From a virus (lineage: Duplodnaviria; Caudoviricetes), in IMG/VR virus record IMGVR_UViG_3300046103_000237, positions 1 through 26,679 of that record: a stretch of DNA of 26,679 nucleotides; one strand, given 5' to 3'. Numbering within the stretch: the first letter of the stretch is position 1; every line of letters starts with the position of its first letter. A model generated the notes under the pieces. The model was not told the DNA's origin, did not search any database, and worked only from the letters and a program-made list of their open reading frames with translations. A program made the translations under genes and the position numbers. Below are positions 24,932 through 26,679 of the stretch, in pieces.

Positions 24932-26499
24932 TATCTATCCGACACTAGTTCAGACTCTACTGAATACCCTGACATATTAAATCGGTTACCCGTGGTGTTT
25001 TCAACTTTAATTGCTATGTATCTACCTCGCACTCTACAGTCTACTTCACTGTCTGTACCAATTGTAAACTCTACAGGGTCGCTATATGATACCCCTTCGT
25101 TAGCAGTAAGCTCTGCGCCCACACTTACATTAACTCTTCCTGTACCTTCAAACCTAGGGTATACTTTAGTTATACTTTTAACTCCACTAGGATTACCAGC
25201 GTGTAGCCCTACTCTTTCTAAGAAAGAATTAATAGCTACACCGTTAAATGTAATACCACTATCTGCTAAGTATAATCTAGTATCTTTTGTACCGCACATC
25301 AACAGAGAGTCTGTAGTAGGGTTATAAGGCTGTTGCGCCCATTTGAGAGTATCAGCGGCCCAAGTTGTACTTGCTGAAGCCCAAGTGTTTGTTAAAGCAG
25401 GGTTGACAACTCCTTTAGCTATAAAGTTTACCCCCGGCAGATCACGCTTAGACCATGTGTTGTCACGGTAGTTCCAGATAAGAGCTTCATCAGGATACCC
25501 TCCAACAGCATTTGTCTTAGGATAACATATCCACACTTCGTTCTTAACTTTATTATGAACTAAGAAGGTTTTATAAGCGTAGGTAGAATCAATCTGAGAA
25601 AACAAATATGTACGCACTTGATCATCAATAACACTTACCATTGTAGATCCATTGTGCTTTACGACATCGTTAGCGGATACTAGAACGTGCTCGTTGTTGC
25701 CTATTTGTACCACAGCATCTCTGGCAAATAATCCTATGTCTTTAAACCGTTCCCGTAAGTTAAAAGAGAATGTTCCACCTGTGTACGTTAAGGAGTAAAT
25801 ACTATCTTCTTTGTACACCATAAGATCATTGCCCAAGGGAATAGCATTTAACAAATGTCCCTTAGTACCACCTACGGTAATCTGATTAGCTTCTGAAGCT
25901 GTACTTGCTGTAGTCCAAGTAGTAGAACCATTGTTAGAAGCACCCTCTGGGATAGCATCACTCCACCTTATGGAGTAAGGTAAAACAGCACCATTATCTG
26001 TTAGGTTTAGAGCAATCAAATGGTTTTTAAATGGGACTATAACTTGACAACGCAGTGTAGAAGGCCAATGAGCTAAGTCGGTAAACACAGAACCCGCCTG
26101 TAGAAGGCTCTGAGGTATATCTATACCATTATTTACAACAAGAACGCCGCCTAGAGCATCTCCTTGCCAGTTTTTCTCTGTGTTTGCTAGTGTGGTATAA
26201 GCACCACTTGATCGAGTAACCGCCGCATGAGTTGTTCCCGTAATCTTGTATAGAGCAGTTACACCACCATACACCCATAAATCAGTAGAAGACTGCTTCC
26301 AACTAGTAGTCCAATATGGTGTTTGTGTAGGTGTACCCAAGGAAGCAGAGTGTCCCTCAATACTTCCAGCTTGCTTATCGTTGAATCGTACATTTTGGAT
26401 AGAAGAAAACATATTAGCTGGCATATCGTAAGGAGATAAATCAGCATTGAATGTAAATCCAGTTTGTGTACCGCTTACGTCAAATATTTCTTTAACCAC
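24931..26499 (-). CDS. Tail nozzle / DNA stabilisation protein (P22 gp10 / tail tubular B-like)
   Basis: 522 aa, beta-rich, IRWSD, NEVWICYP, RVRGRYIAIKV motifs; GTG start. Confidence 0.75.
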   Translation of the reverse strand: MVKEIFDVSGTQTGFTFNADLSPYDMPANMFSSIQNVRFNDKQAGSIEGHSASLGTPTQTPYWTTSWKQSSTDLWVYGGVTALYKITGTTHAAVTRSSGAYTTLANTEKNWQGDALGGVLVVNNGIDIPQSLLQAGSVFTDLAHWPSTLRCQVIVPFKNHLIALNLTDNGAVLPYSIRWSDAIPEGASNNGSTTWTTASTASEANQITVGGTKGHLLNAIPLGNDLMVYKEDSIYSLTYTGGTFSFNLRERFKDIGLFARDAVVQIGNNEHVLVSANDVVKHNGSTMVSVIDDQVRTYLFSQIDSTYAYKTFLVHNKVKNEVWICYPKTNAVGGYPDEALIWNYRDNTWSKRDLPGVNFIAKGVVNPALTNTWASASTTWAADTLKWAQQPYNPTTDSLLMCGTKDTRLYLADSGITFNGVAINSFLERVGLHAGNPSGVKSITKVYPRFEGTGRVNVSVGAELTANEGVSYSDPVEFTIGTDSEVDCRVRGRYIAIKVENTTGNRFNMSGYSVESELVSDR

Positions 26500-26638
26500 T
26501 ACCAGTTCCAGTATCTATAACCCAATTGACGTTCTCGTACTCTTGTAAGCTTAGTAGTAAACCATCTTCAGTTTCTATATTACCACCTAATTCTTGTACA
26601 ATACAGAAGTTATCTATGACCCAGTTAGTGTCAGGCAT
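26492..26638 (-). CDS. Acidic hypothetical protein (48 aa)
   Basis: MPDTNWVIDNFCIVQELGGNIETEDGLLLSLQEYENVNWVIDTGTGSG; overlaps both neighbours. Confidence 0.6.
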   Translation of the reverse strand: MPDTNWVIDNFCIVQELGGNIETEDGLLLSLQEYENVNWVIDTGTGSG

Positions 26639-26679
26639 TATGTTCCCTGCATAGTTAAGACAGTTCCACTGTACTCAGA
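26638..26679 (-). CDS. 3' end of an upstream gene (possibly head-tail adaptor), truncated
   Basis: Reads SEYSGTVLTMQGT-stop with TAATG overlap; identity inferred from position only. Confidence 0.4.
   Translation of the reverse strand, partial: SEYSGTVLTMQGT

Noticed and set aside
12670-26447. Track ORFs 12670-12879, 13770-14363, 14487-14669, 14830-15078, 15175-15399, 16401-16592, 18343-18573, 19668-19868, 20730-21461, 22076-22366, 24992-25327, 26246-26431 and 26259-26447
   Set aside because: All overlap well-supported genes on the opposite strand or another frame and show typical shadow-ORF composition.
1-26679. Prophage, integrase, tRNA, reverse transcriptase/DGR or recoded genetic code
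   Set aside because: No host flanks or recognisable genes of these kinds; TAA, TAG and TGA all end genes at well-tiled positions under the standard code.

Overview
The whole window is part of a tailed dsDNA phage genome, most likely a lytic podovirus of an aquatic or marine proteobacterium (host is inferred, not shown). No integrase, repressor, RNA polymerase, tRNA or CRISPR array is visible. Left to right: (1) minus-strand packaging genes, portal (cut by the window edge) <- terL <- terS; (2) a ~600-bp non-coding block with a G7 run, an array of 18-bp TGT-N12-ACA near-palindromes and two ~94-bp hairpin-like units, probably the genome-end/packaging region; (3) three minus-strand cassettes, each with its own promoter and terminator, one encoding a GP88 radical-SAM-like protein; (4) a divergent sigma70 promoter pair with ACACTT boxes, the same box forming nested palindromes at 6335-6410 (candidate origin); (5) a plus-strand arm of many small ORFs (including an ArfA-like peptide missed by the ORF track), then T7-like primase-helicase, DNA polymerase A, SSB, a GIY-YIG endonuclease, a Cas4-like nuclease, a class II (B12-dependent) ribonucleotide reductase and a DUF6552-like membrane protein; (6) a convergent minus-strand late arm with tail/stabilisation and internal virion proteins, an SLT transglycosylase and an IscA/ErpA Fe-S carrier. 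The layout recalls SIO1/cobavirus-like phages. All family calls come from motif recognition by eye; no searches were run.
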